Shown: positions 20,113-29,588 of the stretch, one piece after another | How the letters are laid out: the number at the start of each line of letters is the position of its first letter | Position numbering within the stretch: position 1 is the first letter of the stretch | From: Actinomycetota bacterium | GTDB lineage: Bacteria; Actinomycetota; Acidimicrobiia; IMCC26256; PALSA-555 | Length of the DNA stretch: 64,000 nt | Assembly: GCA_003140175.1 (NCBI GenBank) | Contig: PLJD01000096.1 | Span: forward strand, 16,324 to 80,323 | Reading direction: 5' to 3' | The notes under the pieces: generated by a model | What the model saw: only the letters and a program-made list of their open reading frames with translations | Database searches by the model: none | What the model was told of the DNA's origin: nothing | Translations under genes and position numbers: made by a program

Positions 20113-20564
20113 CCCGAGCGGACGCCGTCGACGAGCGCCTCATCGGCATTCGTGGCGTGCAGGCGAGGTTCGCGGCGCCAACGGGCGAACGCGAGGGCCA
20201 AGCCAGCCGCGCCCAGCGCGAAGACCAGCACCGGGAGCCCCCACACGAGGAGGCCGAGGCCGCTGCTCTGCGGCTTGAGGAGGATCGACAGCCCGTACCG
20301 GGCGACGTACACGCTGCGGATCTCGGCGTCGGACTCGCCGGCCTTCGTCCGGCGCGCCAGGTCGGCGCGGATTGCCTGCGCCGAACTCGACGACGAATCT
20401 TCCGCCGAGAGCCCCTGACAGTCCGGGCACCGGATCTCGGTTGCCAGCTCGTGGGCCCGATCGGCCGAGGTCTGCGGCCCCGAGCTCGGCCACGCCGCCC
20501 ACACCAACGCGCCGAGGATCAGCAGCGCTGCGCCGCCCCAGGTCAGGAAACGCCGACCCCTCAC
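20109..20564 (-). CDS. ccmH: Cytochrome c biogenesis protein CcmH
   Basis: IRCPDCQG motif, YG..ILLKP. Confidence 0.9.
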   Translation of the reverse strand: MRGRRFLTWGGAALLILGALVWAAWPSSGPQTSADRAHELATEIRCPDCQGLSAEDSSSSSAQAIRADLARRTKAGESDAEIRSVYVARYGLSILLKPQSSGLGLLVWGLPVLVFALGAAGLALAFARWRREPRLHATNADEALVDGVRSG

Positions 20565-21100
20565 GGGCGGGCCTGGGCGGCAGCGAGCATCGTGTCGAGG
20601 TTGCGCGTCGACGCGGGCCCGAACTGGGTCCCGACGACGGTGCCGTCGGGAGCGATCGCGTACGTCTCCGGTTGTCCGAATGTCCCGAAGTCAAGCGACA
20701 GGTTGCCGCTGGCGTCATTGACGAGATCCCACGTCATGCCCTCAGCCTCAGCGTACGGACGCGCCGCGTCGACCGTGTCGTCGCGCAGGATCCCGAGCAG
20801 CACGACGTTGGGGTCTCCGGCGTGCTCTTGCTGAAACGCTTTCAGCGCCGGCAGCTCCTGCTGGCACGGGATGCACCACGAGTTCCAGAAGTTCACCAAC
20901 ACCGCCTTGCCGGCCAGGCTTGCCGTCGACACGGTCTGGCCGTCGAAGGTGTGCGCGGTGAACGTCGGCACCTGCTTGCCGACCAGATGGGTTTGCTCGT
21001 CGGCTTGCGGGTTGGTGTTGACCTGGGTCGCGAGCACCACCGCGAGCGCGGCAACCCCAACCCCCACCACGAGCGCCGCCCACCGCGCCGGGTGCTTCAT
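20561..21100 (-). CDS. ccmG: Thiol:disulfide oxidoreductase CcmG/TlpA
   Basis: NFWNSWCIPC and GQPET motifs, within the ccm operon. Confidence 0.85.
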   Translation of the reverse strand: MKHPARWAALVVGVGVAALAVVLATQVNTNPQADEQTHLVGKQVPTFTAHTFDGQTVSTASLAGKAVLVNFWNSWCIPCQQELPALKAFQQEHAGDPNVVLLGILRDDTVDAARPYAEAEGMTWDLVNDASGNLSLDFGTFGQPETYAIAPDGTVVGTQFGPASTRNLDTMLAAAQARP

Positions 21101-23133
21101 ACCGGGACGACCTCGGGCTCCTCGCTCGGCGTCGGCCCAGCCTCCGGCGGGGCCGACACCGGCTCGCGGTCCACTCGGACCTTCCGGCGTCGCAGCTCGG
21201 GCGAGATCGCGATCGCCGTGCCGAGCGCGATCACCGCCCCGCCAATCCAGAGCCAGACGACCATGGCGTTGATATCCACGCCGATGGTCACCCGCCCCTT
21301 CTCGTTGGGTGACGACACGAGCGTGAGGTAGACGTCGCGCAGGAAGCCGGTTTTCACCGACGGGGTGCCGATGCCCTCGTTGCTCCCCGGGAAGGTCGAG
21401 ATGGCGGGCGCGTAGGTTCCGAGGTCGCTGCCGTCGTGGTGGATCCGGAGGAGCACGGCGACGCTGGTCTTCTGCGGGCTCTTCTCGGTCCGGTTGCCGA
21501 GGTAGGTGATCGTGTAGCCACTGACGGTTGCGGACTGGCCGCGGGCGAGCTCGACCTCACGCCGAGTTGTAAAGGCGCCAAAGGCGGCGAGCGCCACCGC
21601 GATGCACACGATTCCGGTGTGCACGACAAGGCCGCCATAGAGGCGCGGGTTGCCGCTGACCATGCGGCGTACTGCGGTGGGCCACCGCTCGGACTCGGCT
21701 CGGTGGCGAGCCCGGGCGCCGACGACGTACTGCCGGACAATTCCAGCCACCGCAAAGGCGGCGAGACCGAACGCCAGCACGGTCGTGATGCCCCGCGTAC
21801 CCAGCACCAGCGCGACAACCATCGTGATGCCGGCCGTGTAGGCGGGGATGATCAGGCGCCGTCGCAGGACGTCGGTGCTGGTGGCGCGCCACGGCAGCGC
21901 CGGGGCGACCGCCATCATCAGCAGCAAGGCCAGGGCGATGGGAGTCGTCATGAGGTTGAAGTACGGGCCACCGACCGACAGCTGGTGGCCCTGCAACGCC
22001 TCGGCGAGGAGCGGGTAGACAGTGCCGAGCAGCACGACGAAGGCGAGACCCGCGAAGAGCAGGTTGTTGACCAGGAAGGCTGCCTCGCGTGAGACCGGCG
22101 AGTCGATGCGACCCGGGGAGCGCAGGCGGTCGCCGCGCCAGGCAATGAGGGCGATGCTCCCGGCGGCGACGACCCCGAGGAAGGCGAGCAGCCACGGTCC
22201 AATATCGGACTCGGTGAAGGAGTGCACGGAGTTGAGGACGCCGCTGCGGGTCAGGAACGTAGCGAGGATGGTGAGACAGAACGTGGACAAGATCAGTGAG
22301 AGGTTCCAGACCCGGAGCATCGCCCGCCGCTCCTGGACGATCACGGAGTGCAGGAACGCGGTCGCGGTCAGCCAGGGAAGGAGGGCCGCGTTCTCGACCG
22401 GGTCCCAGGCCCAGAAGCCGCCCCAGCCGAGCACCTCGTAGCTCCACCAGGCACCGAGGATGATCCCGATGGTGAGAGCGCCCCAGGCGATGAGCGTCGC
22501 CTTACGTACGTCAGCGAGCCAGCCCTCGCTGAACCGGCCGGTGATCAGCGCAGCGACGGCGAACGCGAACGGGATCGTGAAGCCCACCAGGCCGAGGTAG
22601 AGCATCGGCGGATGGAAGGCCATCAGCGGGTGGTCTTGGAGCAACGCGTTCGGACCCTGCCCGTCGAAGGGCGGATTGCTCAGGGTGCGGAACGGGTTCG
22701 CCGGCCCAAGCATGAGCGCGAAGAAGAAGAGCGCGACGGCGAGGCCGATGAGGCTGGCCCAGGCGACGAGCGGGTCAGTGACGCGGGCCCGGAACTTGTA
22801 GGCCGTGAAGGTGAGGAACCCGCCGAGGACGAGGACCCACAGGAGGATCGAGCCTTCCAGAGCAGCCCAGAGTCCAGTGATGGTGAACAGCAACGGGGTT
22901 TCTCGCGCGTTGTTCGCCGCCACGTACTGCAACGAGAAGTCGTGCGTGATCAGCGCCCATTCCATCGCGCCCACCGCGACGACGGCACCGCCGAGGACAA
23001 AGAAGATGGCCCGACGCCCGACGATCAACCATCGGTCGTCGTGGGTCCACAAGCCCCGCGCCAATGCGCAGATGCCGAGGCCGGCGGAGCTGGCGCCGAG
23101 GGCGACGCCGAGGATCCCGAGCGACGCCTTCAC
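21097..23133 (-). CDS. ccmF: Heme lyase CcmF
   Basis: HPPMLYLG, WSYEVLGWGGFWAWDPVENA, RSGVLNSVHSF. Confidence 0.95.
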   Translation of the reverse strand: MKASLGILGVALGASSAGLGICALARGLWTHDDRWLIVGRRAIFFVLGGAVVAVGAMEWALITHDFSLQYVAANNARETPLLFTITGLWAALEGSILLWVLVLGGFLTFTAYKFRARVTDPLVAWASLIGLAVALFFFALMLGPANPFRTLSNPPFDGQGPNALLQDHPLMAFHPPMLYLGLVGFTIPFAFAVAALITGRFSEGWLADVRKATLIAWGALTIGIILGAWWSYEVLGWGGFWAWDPVENAALLPWLTATAFLHSVIVQERRAMLRVWNLSLILSTFCLTILATFLTRSGVLNSVHSFTESDIGPWLLAFLGVVAAGSIALIAWRGDRLRSPGRIDSPVSREAAFLVNNLLFAGLAFVVLLGTVYPLLAEALQGHQLSVGGPYFNLMTTPIALALLLMMAVAPALPWRATSTDVLRRRLIIPAYTAGITMVVALVLGTRGITTVLAFGLAAFAVAGIVRQYVVGARARHRAESERWPTAVRRMVSGNPRLYGGLVVHTGIVCIAVALAAFGAFTTRREVELARGQSATVSGYTITYLGNRTEKSPQKTSVAVLLRIHHDGSDLGTYAPAISTFPGSNEGIGTPSVKTGFLRDVYLTLVSSPNEKGRVTIGVDINAMVVWLWIGGAVIALGTAIAISPELRRRKVRVDREPVSAPPEAGPTPSEEPEVVPV

Positions 23134-23543
23134 TGGCGGGGTGGCGACGGCTGCTTAACCACGGGCGGCGTGTAGTCGTTGCCGTGGTTGATGAGGATCT
23201 GATCCGAGTCGAACGTCCCGTTCGAAGTCCAGTGGCCGACCGCCACAACCGGGGCGCCCTGCTTGAAGAGCTGGGGCGGGTTCCCGTGTTGGATCACCTC
23301 GGCCGTCGCCTTCCCGTCAGTGAGCTTGAAATCAACACCCGCGTGCGTCGGAACAACCGAGCCGTTGACGACCGCTCCGGCCATGCGGAACTCGGAGGTG
23401 TCTCGCCGGTGTGCGATCGCTTGCGACACGGTCCGGAAGTACTGGATGTTGTTAGACAAGATGATGAGGAGCACCACGATCGCTACAGCGGCTCCGGCAC
23501 ACATGCCGACCGCGGCATAAGTCCGGCGGCGGCGGTTCTTCAT
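23130..23543 (-). CDS. ccmE: Heme chaperone CcmE
   Basis: PQLFKQG..VVAVG, HGNDY (HxxxY). Confidence 0.9.
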   Translation of the reverse strand: MKNRRRRTYAAVGMCAGAAVAIVVLLIILSNNIQYFRTVSQAIAHRRDTSEFRMAGAVVNGSVVPTHAGVDFKLTDGKATAEVIQHGNPPQLFKQGAPVVAVGHWTSNGTFDSDQILINHGNDYTPPVVKQPSPPRQ

Positions 23544-23659
23544 GCGTCGCGGTCAAGTCGCTCGGCCCGTCGAATGCGTGCCCCCAGCCGAAGCCAGTAG
23601 ACGAGGAACACGGCGCCGGCGACGGAGTAGCCGCCAATCACGTACTGGGCGAACTTCAT
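23540..23659 (-). CDS. ccmD: Small membrane protein CcmD
   Basis: 39-aa MKFAQYVIGGYSVAGAVFLVYWLRLGARIRRAERLDRDA between ccmC and ccmE, with ATGA overlaps on both sides. Confidence 0.75.
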   Translation of the reverse strand: MKFAQYVIGGYSVAGAVFLVYWLRLGARIRRAERLDRDA

Positions 23660-24420
23660 CGTCCGATTCCCACCTCGACGTGCTCGGGTGGGGCAGTGGT
23701 CCCCGCCCCCTGCACGCGCTCTTCGATGGCCTTCGCGAGCTCCTTGGATTCGAGGTCCTCCTCGAGCGTTTCGAGTCGGTATCGCTTGTCCAGGAGGTAG
23801 ACGTACAAGAGCGTGAAGGCGAGCACTCCCAACCACAAGGTGAAGGCCATGACGCCGTGGATGTGGGCATTCAGACTCGGCGTGAACACGGTCGCCTGCT
23901 GGTGCAGCGTCTGCCACCAGTCAACCGAGAAGTGAACGATCGGAACGTCGACAAAGGCCACGAGCGCAGCGATCGCGCACCGCTTGGCCCTCGTCTCGAG
24001 CGGGGCCGGGACGCGACGCAAGGCGAGGTACCCGACATACAAGAAGAACAGGACAGCAGTGGTGACGAGCCTCGCGTCCCAAGCCCACCAGACGCCCCAG
24101 ACCGGCCGACCCCACAATGAACCCATCACGAGCGTCATGGCGGTGAAGAGCACACCCAGCTCAGCCGATGCGCCGGCCAGGCGGTCCCACACCGGGCTCC
24201 GGGTGCGCCGCCAGAGATAGAGCGCCGACGAGAGGGCGGTCACGCCGTAGGCGAGGTACGCGATCCAGGCCGATGGGACGTGGAGATACATCAGACGTTG
24301 CGCGTCGCTCTGAACCGCGTCCGGTGGCGCGATGAAGAGGCCGAACACGGCCAAGGCGACGAGCGAGACGAGCGCGGCCACGCCGAGCACTCGGCTGATG
24401 CGGGGGTTCAGTAGCGTCAT
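23656..24420 (-). CDS. ccmC: Heme exporter protein CcmC
   Basis: YLHVPSAW, WGRPVWGVWWAWDARL, WWQTLHQ. Confidence 0.93.
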   Translation of the reverse strand: MTLLNPRISRVLGVAALVSLVALAVFGLFIAPPDAVQSDAQRLMYLHVPSAWIAYLAYGVTALSSALYLWRRTRSPVWDRLAGASAELGVLFTAMTLVMGSLWGRPVWGVWWAWDARLVTTAVLFFLYVGYLALRRVPAPLETRAKRCAIAALVAFVDVPIVHFSVDWWQTLHQQATVFTPSLNAHIHGVMAFTLWLGVLAFTLLYVYLLDKRYRLETLEEDLESKELAKAIEERVQGAGTTAPPEHVEVGIGR

Positions 24421-25091
24421 GACTCCTCCAGGAGCGGCCCGAAGGCGAGCATCCCAATCCCGGTGAAGAGCACGGCGAAAATACCGAGCAACGTCACCCA
24501 AGGCCACGCGTCACCCGAAACGCCGCTGATGGAGGCCTCCCACGCCTTGGTTGCCCCCAGGAGAACCGGGGCGACCACTGGGAGCAACAACACCGGCAAC
24601 AGCGTCTCGCGCACGCGCAGTCCCGCGGCGAGGACGCCGTAGAGGGTACCGGTGGCCGCCAGGCCCACAGTCGCGGCCACCGTGGCGAGCACGAGCGGCG
24701 CCACACCATTGAGGCCCACATTGAAGAGGATCACCACTCCGACCGTGAGTAGCGCCTCGAGGGCCGCGAGCTCGACGGCGACGGCGGCCGCCTTGCCAAG
24801 AAAGAGGGCTGAACTGTCCAGCCCGGACAGGCGAAGCCCGTCCCGGGCTCCGTTCTCGGCCTCGATCGAAAACGCCCGGCCCACCGCCAGCAGGGTCCCG
24901 AACAGCACCGTGACCCAGAACAGGCCGGGCGCCACGTTGGTGAGATCACCGCGGTGGGGGTCGAGCGCGAAAGCGAACAGGAGCAGCACGACGAGTCCGA
25001 ACGGCAGGATCTGCTGGGCCGTGACCCGGGATCGGGCCTCGATTCTGAGGTCTTTGCCGGCGACCAGGGCGGCCTCTTGGAACAGATTCAC
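24417..25091 (-). CDS. ccmB: Heme exporter protein CcmB
   Basis: KDLRIE, E.ENG..DGL, RETLLPVLLLP. Confidence 0.92.
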   Translation of the reverse strand: MNLFQEAALVAGKDLRIEARSRVTAQQILPFGLVVLLLFAFALDPHRGDLTNVAPGLFWVTVLFGTLLAVGRAFSIEAENGARDGLRLSGLDSSALFLGKAAAVAVELAALEALLTVGVVILFNVGLNGVAPLVLATVAATVGLAATGTLYGVLAAGLRVRETLLPVLLLPVVAPVLLGATKAWEASISGVSGDAWPWVTLLGIFAVLFTGIGMLAFGPLLEES

Positions 25092-25807
25092 GCGCGGCTC
25101 CCCGACGGCGTTGCGCCGCGGGCGAGCGTCGGCCGGGAGTCCTTGGTTTCGGCCCGTTCAGGGTCGGGCAGCGTGCCGTGTGCTTGGCCGGCGGTCAGCA
25201 CGACCTCTCGGGACGACAGCGGTCGGGACCGCTCTAGCTCGTGCGACACCAAGACGACCGACCGTCCAGCCGACGGCGAGCCGGCGAGCACCGCGTCGAG
25301 CGCCGCTCGCCCCTCGGCGTCGAGGCCAGCGTGCGGTTCGTCGAGCAGCAAGAGCTGAGGGGTGCGGACCATGGCGATCGCAAACGCCAACCGGCGCCGT
25401 TGGCCAGCCGACAGCCGGGCGTGCACCACGTCGCACAACGGAGTGAGTCCGAACTGCTGCAGAACTTCTTGCTCTGGCGGCGCGTCGGCGCCCGCCGCAC
25501 GCGCCGCGAAGCGGACGTTTTCCGCCACGGTGAGGTCGTCGTAGCAGCCCGTCTCGTGGCCTACGAGGCTCAGGAGCCGACGGTGGCTTTTGGGGTCTTC
25601 GGCCAGGTCATGGCCGAGGACCCAGGCCGACCCGGAGCGCAGGGGCACGAGTCCGGCGAGGAGTCGGAGCAGGGTCGTCTTCCCCGCTCCGTTCCCGCCC
25701 GAGAGCAGCACGACCTCGCCCTCGGCCACGTCTAGATCCACTCCAGCAAGGGCTGGGAAGCGACCGAGCAGGCACACAGCCGAGCGCAGACGGACGACGG
25801 GTGGCAC
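25088..25807 (-). CDS. ccmA: Heme exporter ATPase CcmA
   Basis: GGNGAGKTT, LSAGQRRR, LLDEP; first gene of the ccm operon. Confidence 0.88.
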   Translation of the reverse strand: MPPVVRLRSAVCLLGRFPALAGVDLDVAEGEVVLLSGGNGAGKTTLLRLLAGLVPLRSGSAWVLGHDLAEDPKSHRRLLSLVGHETGCYDDLTVAENVRFAARAAGADAPPEQEVLQQFGLTPLCDVVHARLSAGQRRRLAFAIAMVRTPQLLLLDEPHAGLDAEGRAALDAVLAGSPSAGRSVVLVSHELERSRPLSSREVVLTAGQAHGTLPDPERAETKDSRPTLARGATPSGSRA

Positions 25808-25919
25808 AGCGTCTCCCGGGAGCAGGTGGACAGAGTGTACGGAGGGGTCCCGAGGGCGGGCGAACCGCGTCAGGCCAGCACCTCGGTTCAGGGCCGGGGG
25901 GCCCATAGGATCGGGAGTC

Positions 25920-26804
25920 GTGCGACGCGCAGCCGCCGTCATCGGGCGCGCCCTCATCACCGTGGGCGTCTTGATCCTGCTCTTCGTCGCGTACCAGCTG
26001 TGGGGCACGGGGATCTACGCCTCCCAACAGCAGAGCCGCCTCCGTCGCGAGTTCTCGACTGAGCTTCGCAAGACCCCGACGACGACTACCCCGACGACAA
26101 ACCCGACGTCCACCGCAACGACGGAACCATCGCCGCCACCGCCGCCGCCCGGGAACGCCGTCGCTCGCATTCAGATCCCCAAGATCGGATTGGACGCCAT
26201 CGTGGTCGACGGCATCGCCACCGACGACCTTCGCATGGGCCCTGGTCACTACCCCCTGACACCGCTCCCCGGTCAACGAGGCAACGCAGCCATCGCCGGC
26301 CACCGGACGACCTACGGCGCTTGGTTCGGAAACCTCGATCAACTCTCGACGGGTGACGAAATCCTCATCCGAACGGTGCAGGGCTTCTTCACATATCGCG
26401 TCTATCAGCAGCTCGTCGTGGACCCGAGCGACGTCGCCGTCCTGAACCCAGACCCGGCTCGCCCCGCGACGCTCACCCTGACAACCTGCAACCCGAAATA
26501 CTCCGCGTCGCAGCGGCTCGTGGTCAAGGCCGCGCTCGACAGCCCGACACCACCCCTGCCGCCACCCCGCGGACTGCCTCGTCCGTCCAAGCTCGTCGAC
26601 ATTTCCAGCCTGTCGGGCGATTCCGGCTCCCTGATCCCGGCCCTAATCACTGGGCTCATCGCGGCCGCGGTGGGCGGATTCTGGTGGCTCGCCTACCACC
26701 GCCACGCCCGCTTCATGACCTGGATCATCGGCGCGATCCCGTTCCTCGTGGCGCTGTTCTTCTTCTTCACGTACCTCGAGCGCCTCCTCCCGGCGAACTA
26801 CTGA
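25920..26804 (+). CDS. Class E sortase with C-terminal TM helices
   Basis: AGHRTTYG, TLTTCNP, QRL catalytic residues. Confidence 0.92.
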   Translation: MRRAAAVIGRALITVGVLILLFVAYQLWGTGIYASQQQSRLRREFSTELRKTPTTTTPTTNPTSTATTEPSPPPPPPGNAVARIQIPKIGLDAIVVDGIATDDLRMGPGHYPLTPLPGQRGNAAIAGHRTTYGAWFGNLDQLSTGDEILIRTVQGFFTYRVYQQLVVDPSDVAVLNPDPARPATLTLTTCNPKYSASQRLVVKAALDSPTPPLPPPRGLPRPSKLVDISSLSGDSGSLIPALITGLIAAAVGGFWWLAYHRHARFMTWIIGAIPFLVALFFFFTYLERLLPANY

Positions 26805-26863
26805 CCCGACATCGCGCCGACTCAGCGTCTCGAGCGGCGGGCGGCAGGGCCCTTGACGGATGC

Positions 26864-27640
26864 TCAGCGGCCAGAGAAGCGGGCCGGCCGCTTCTCAGCG
26901 AAGGCGGCGAGGCCCTCCTGCAGGTCGGCGCTCGCAAACGCTCCCGCCTCGAGCTCCTGGAGCTCAACGCGAACCTGCGGCGTAAGTGCGCACGCCTCCG
27001 CGAGCAAGTTCAGAGCCCGCTTATGGCCCGCGAGTGAGAGTGGAGCCAACGAGGCCAGCTCGGCGGCGAGGGCCCGCGAGGCGCCGAGGGCGTCGTTGGC
27101 TCGACGTTGCACCAATCCGACCTGCTCGGCCTCGTTCACGTCGAGGAGGCGAGCACTGAGTAGTAGGTCGCGCGCCATCGCCTGGCCGACGAGCGTCGCC
27201 AGCCGCGCGATGTTCGCCGCGTTCAGCAGCACCCCGAGACGAGCTGCCGGCACGCCGAACGTCGCCCCGGGCGCGGCCACGCGAAGGTCACACGCGACTG
27301 CCAGTTGCAGGCCAGCTCCGAGGGCCGCGCCGTTGACGGACGCGACGACTGGGGCTGGGTAGGCGATGATTTCGTCGAGCAGCTGTTCAAACGCTGGACG
27401 GAAGGTGTCCCCTCCGCCGTGACTCAAGCCACCGACGTCCGCCGCGCGGCGCCCGAGGTCTGCACCGGCACAGAATGCCTTGTCGCCCGAGCCGGCAATG
27501 ACGACGGCACGCAGACCCGGATTCGACTTCAGCCGCTCGTGCAACTCGCCACAGAGCTCCGCGTTGAGCGCGTTCCGGCGCTCCGGCCGGTCGATGGTGG
27601 CTAACCCGATTTCGCCGTCGAGCTCCCATTGGATCGGCAC
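26864..27640 (-). CDS. Enoyl-CoA hydratase/isomerase family protein
   Basis: RRNAL, FCAGADL, GAGLQLAVACDLR. Confidence 0.9.
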   Translation of the reverse strand: MPIQWELDGEIGLATIDRPERRNALNAELCGELHERLKSNPGLRAVVIAGSGDKAFCAGADLGRRAADVGGLSHGGGDTFRPAFEQLLDEIIAYPAPVVASVNGAALGAGLQLAVACDLRVAAPGATFGVPAARLGVLLNAANIARLATLVGQAMARDLLLSARLLDVNEAEQVGLVQRRANDALGASRALAAELASLAPLSLAGHKRALNLLAEACALTPQVRVELQELEAGAFASADLQEGLAAFAEKRPARFSGR

Positions 27641-27641
27641 G

Positions 27642-27860
27642 TCACGACTCGTCGATCAGGGCGATGAGATCACCTTCCTGCACCACATCGTCCGGTTGTA
27701 CGTGCAGCTCGCGGACGACACCAGGTACCTCAGTTACAACCGGGATCTCCATCTTCATCGATTCGAGAATGACGAGCTCGTCACCCTCGGCGATGAGTTG
27801 GCCCTCATCAACAACGACTTGCCAGACGTTGGCAGCGATCTCAGCGCGAATCTCGTGCAC
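27642..27860 (-). CDS. Biotin carboxyl carrier protein
   Basis: ESMKMEIPV. Confidence 0.92.
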   Translation of the reverse strand: MHEIRAEIAANVWQVVVDEGQLIAEGDELVILESMKMEIPVVTEVPGVVRELHVQPDDVVQEGDLIALIDES

Positions 27861-27939
27861 GAGTGGAGGTTAGCGTCCGCACCGGCGACCGGGCTGGGCC
27901 TGACGGATTCCGAGCGACCATCCCCCGCGGTGACAGCGA

Positions 27940-29565
27940 TCAGACCGGGAGCACGCCATGCTTCCGCCACGGTCGGACAACCTGCTTGTCGCGCGCTAAC
28001 TCAAGACCACGAGCGATCGCGACACGCGTCTCGGCCGGGTCGATGACGTCATCAACAAGCGCGTGACCAGCTGCCACAAATGGGTCGATGTTGCGGCGGA
28101 TCTCCTCCGCGAGCTCGAGGCGCCGTTGCGGCCTTTCCTCCTCGGGAACGGCCTCGAGGGTGCGGCGATGAATGATGTTCACCGCCCCATCGGGCCCCAT
28201 CACAGCGATCTCAGCCGTAGGCCACGCAACGATGTAGTCCGGTTCGTACGCGTAGCCGTTCATCACGAAGTAGCCCGCGCCGTAACTCTTGCGCAGCACG
28301 ACACTCACCTTCGGGACTGTTGCCTCCGAAACCGCGAACAACATCTTCGCACCATGGCGAATGATTCCTTGCCGCTCCACGGTTGAGCCGACGATAAATC
28401 CCGGCACATCATGCAGAAACACAAGCGAGATGTTGAACGCGTCGCAGAGCCAGACGAAGCGGGCGGCCTTGTCCGCGGCGTTCACGTCGAGGGCTCCACC
28501 CAAGACCATCGGCTGATTAGCCACCACACCGATCGGGCGCCCAGCGATCCGTGCCAGACCCGTGACGATGTTCTTCGCCCAGTCGGGTTTGATCCACAGC
28601 ACCCGCCCATCGTCGACAACCGCGTTCACAACACGCCGAATGTCGTATGCCCGCCGAGGGGCTGTCGGCACGATGCCGTAGAGCTCCGGCACCAGACGAT
28701 CTGCTGGATCGCCCGTCGGTCGAATCGGCGGGTCCTCTCGGTTGTTGGACGGGAAGAACGACAAATACTCCTTCACGACAGCTAGGCACTCACGATCGTC
28801 AGCGACCTCGAAGTCTGCGCACCCAGAGACACGGGTATGTACCGCCGAGCCGCCCATCTCCTCCTCGGTCACGTCCTCGCCGACCGCCGCCTTCACGAGG
28901 TGTCGACCACCGAGAGCCATCGACGACGTGCCCTTCACCATCGGGACGAAATCGGCCAGCCCGGGAATGTAAGCAGTTCCCGCGGCGCAGTGACCGAGAA
29001 TCGCGGCAACCATCGGCACCACCCCGCTCATCGTGACCTGCTCGCGAAACAGATCACCCATGCCGGCGAATGTCGACCCGCTCTGGGATTGGATGCGTGC
29101 ACCAGCCGAATCGAGCAACCAGATCATTGGGATGCGCTGTCGAAGAGCGAGCTCGCGCATGCGCTGGATCTTCTGCTCACCCACCCGACCCATCGACCCA
29201 GCGAGGACGGTGAAGTCATAAGCCGCGACAGCGACGCGACGACCATCGATCGCGCCGAGGCCGGTCACCGCGCCGTCCGCGGCGAGGTATCGACCCTCAT
29301 ACGCGGAATCCATGCTGTCCGCGAGCAGACCGAATTCAACCCAGGTCCCCGGATCGATCAGCAACTCAAGTCGTTCGCGAACCGTCAGCTTGTTGAGCGA
29401 ATGTTGTCGTGCGACAAGCTCGGAACCGCCCATCCCGAACGAGCGAACGCGGCGCTCCCGTACATCGTCGACAAGCTCACCCCAGCCATGCACATCCCCA
29501 CCGCCCGACGGCGATGATGCCGACGTCTGGCGGCCCTCATCATCTCCCGTCACGGTTCTCATCAT
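27940..29565 (-). CDS. Acyl-CoA carboxylase, carboxyltransferase (beta) subunit
   Basis: DFTVLAGS, DSAGARIQ, DVPGF, RKSYGAG, IDPAETR, KHG. Confidence 0.93.
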   Translation of the reverse strand: MMRTVTGDDEGRQTSASSPSGGGDVHGWGELVDDVRERRVRSFGMGGSELVARQHSLNKLTVRERLELLIDPGTWVEFGLLADSMDSAYEGRYLAADGAVTGLGAIDGRRVAVAAYDFTVLAGSMGRVGEQKIQRMRELALRQRIPMIWLLDSAGARIQSQSGSTFAGMGDLFREQVTMSGVVPMVAAILGHCAAGTAYIPGLADFVPMVKGTSSMALGGRHLVKAAVGEDVTEEEMGGSAVHTRVSGCADFEVADDRECLAVVKEYLSFFPSNNREDPPIRPTGDPADRLVPELYGIVPTAPRRAYDIRRVVNAVVDDGRVLWIKPDWAKNIVTGLARIAGRPIGVVANQPMVLGGALDVNAADKAARFVWLCDAFNISLVFLHDVPGFIVGSTVERQGIIRHGAKMLFAVSEATVPKVSVVLRKSYGAGYFVMNGYAYEPDYIVAWPTAEIAVMGPDGAVNIIHRRTLEAVPEEERPQRRLELAEEIRRNIDPFVAAGHALVDDVIDPAETRVAIARGLELARDKQVVRPWRKHGVLPV

Positions 29566-29588
29566 TCCACGACTCGAACGGAGTGCGC

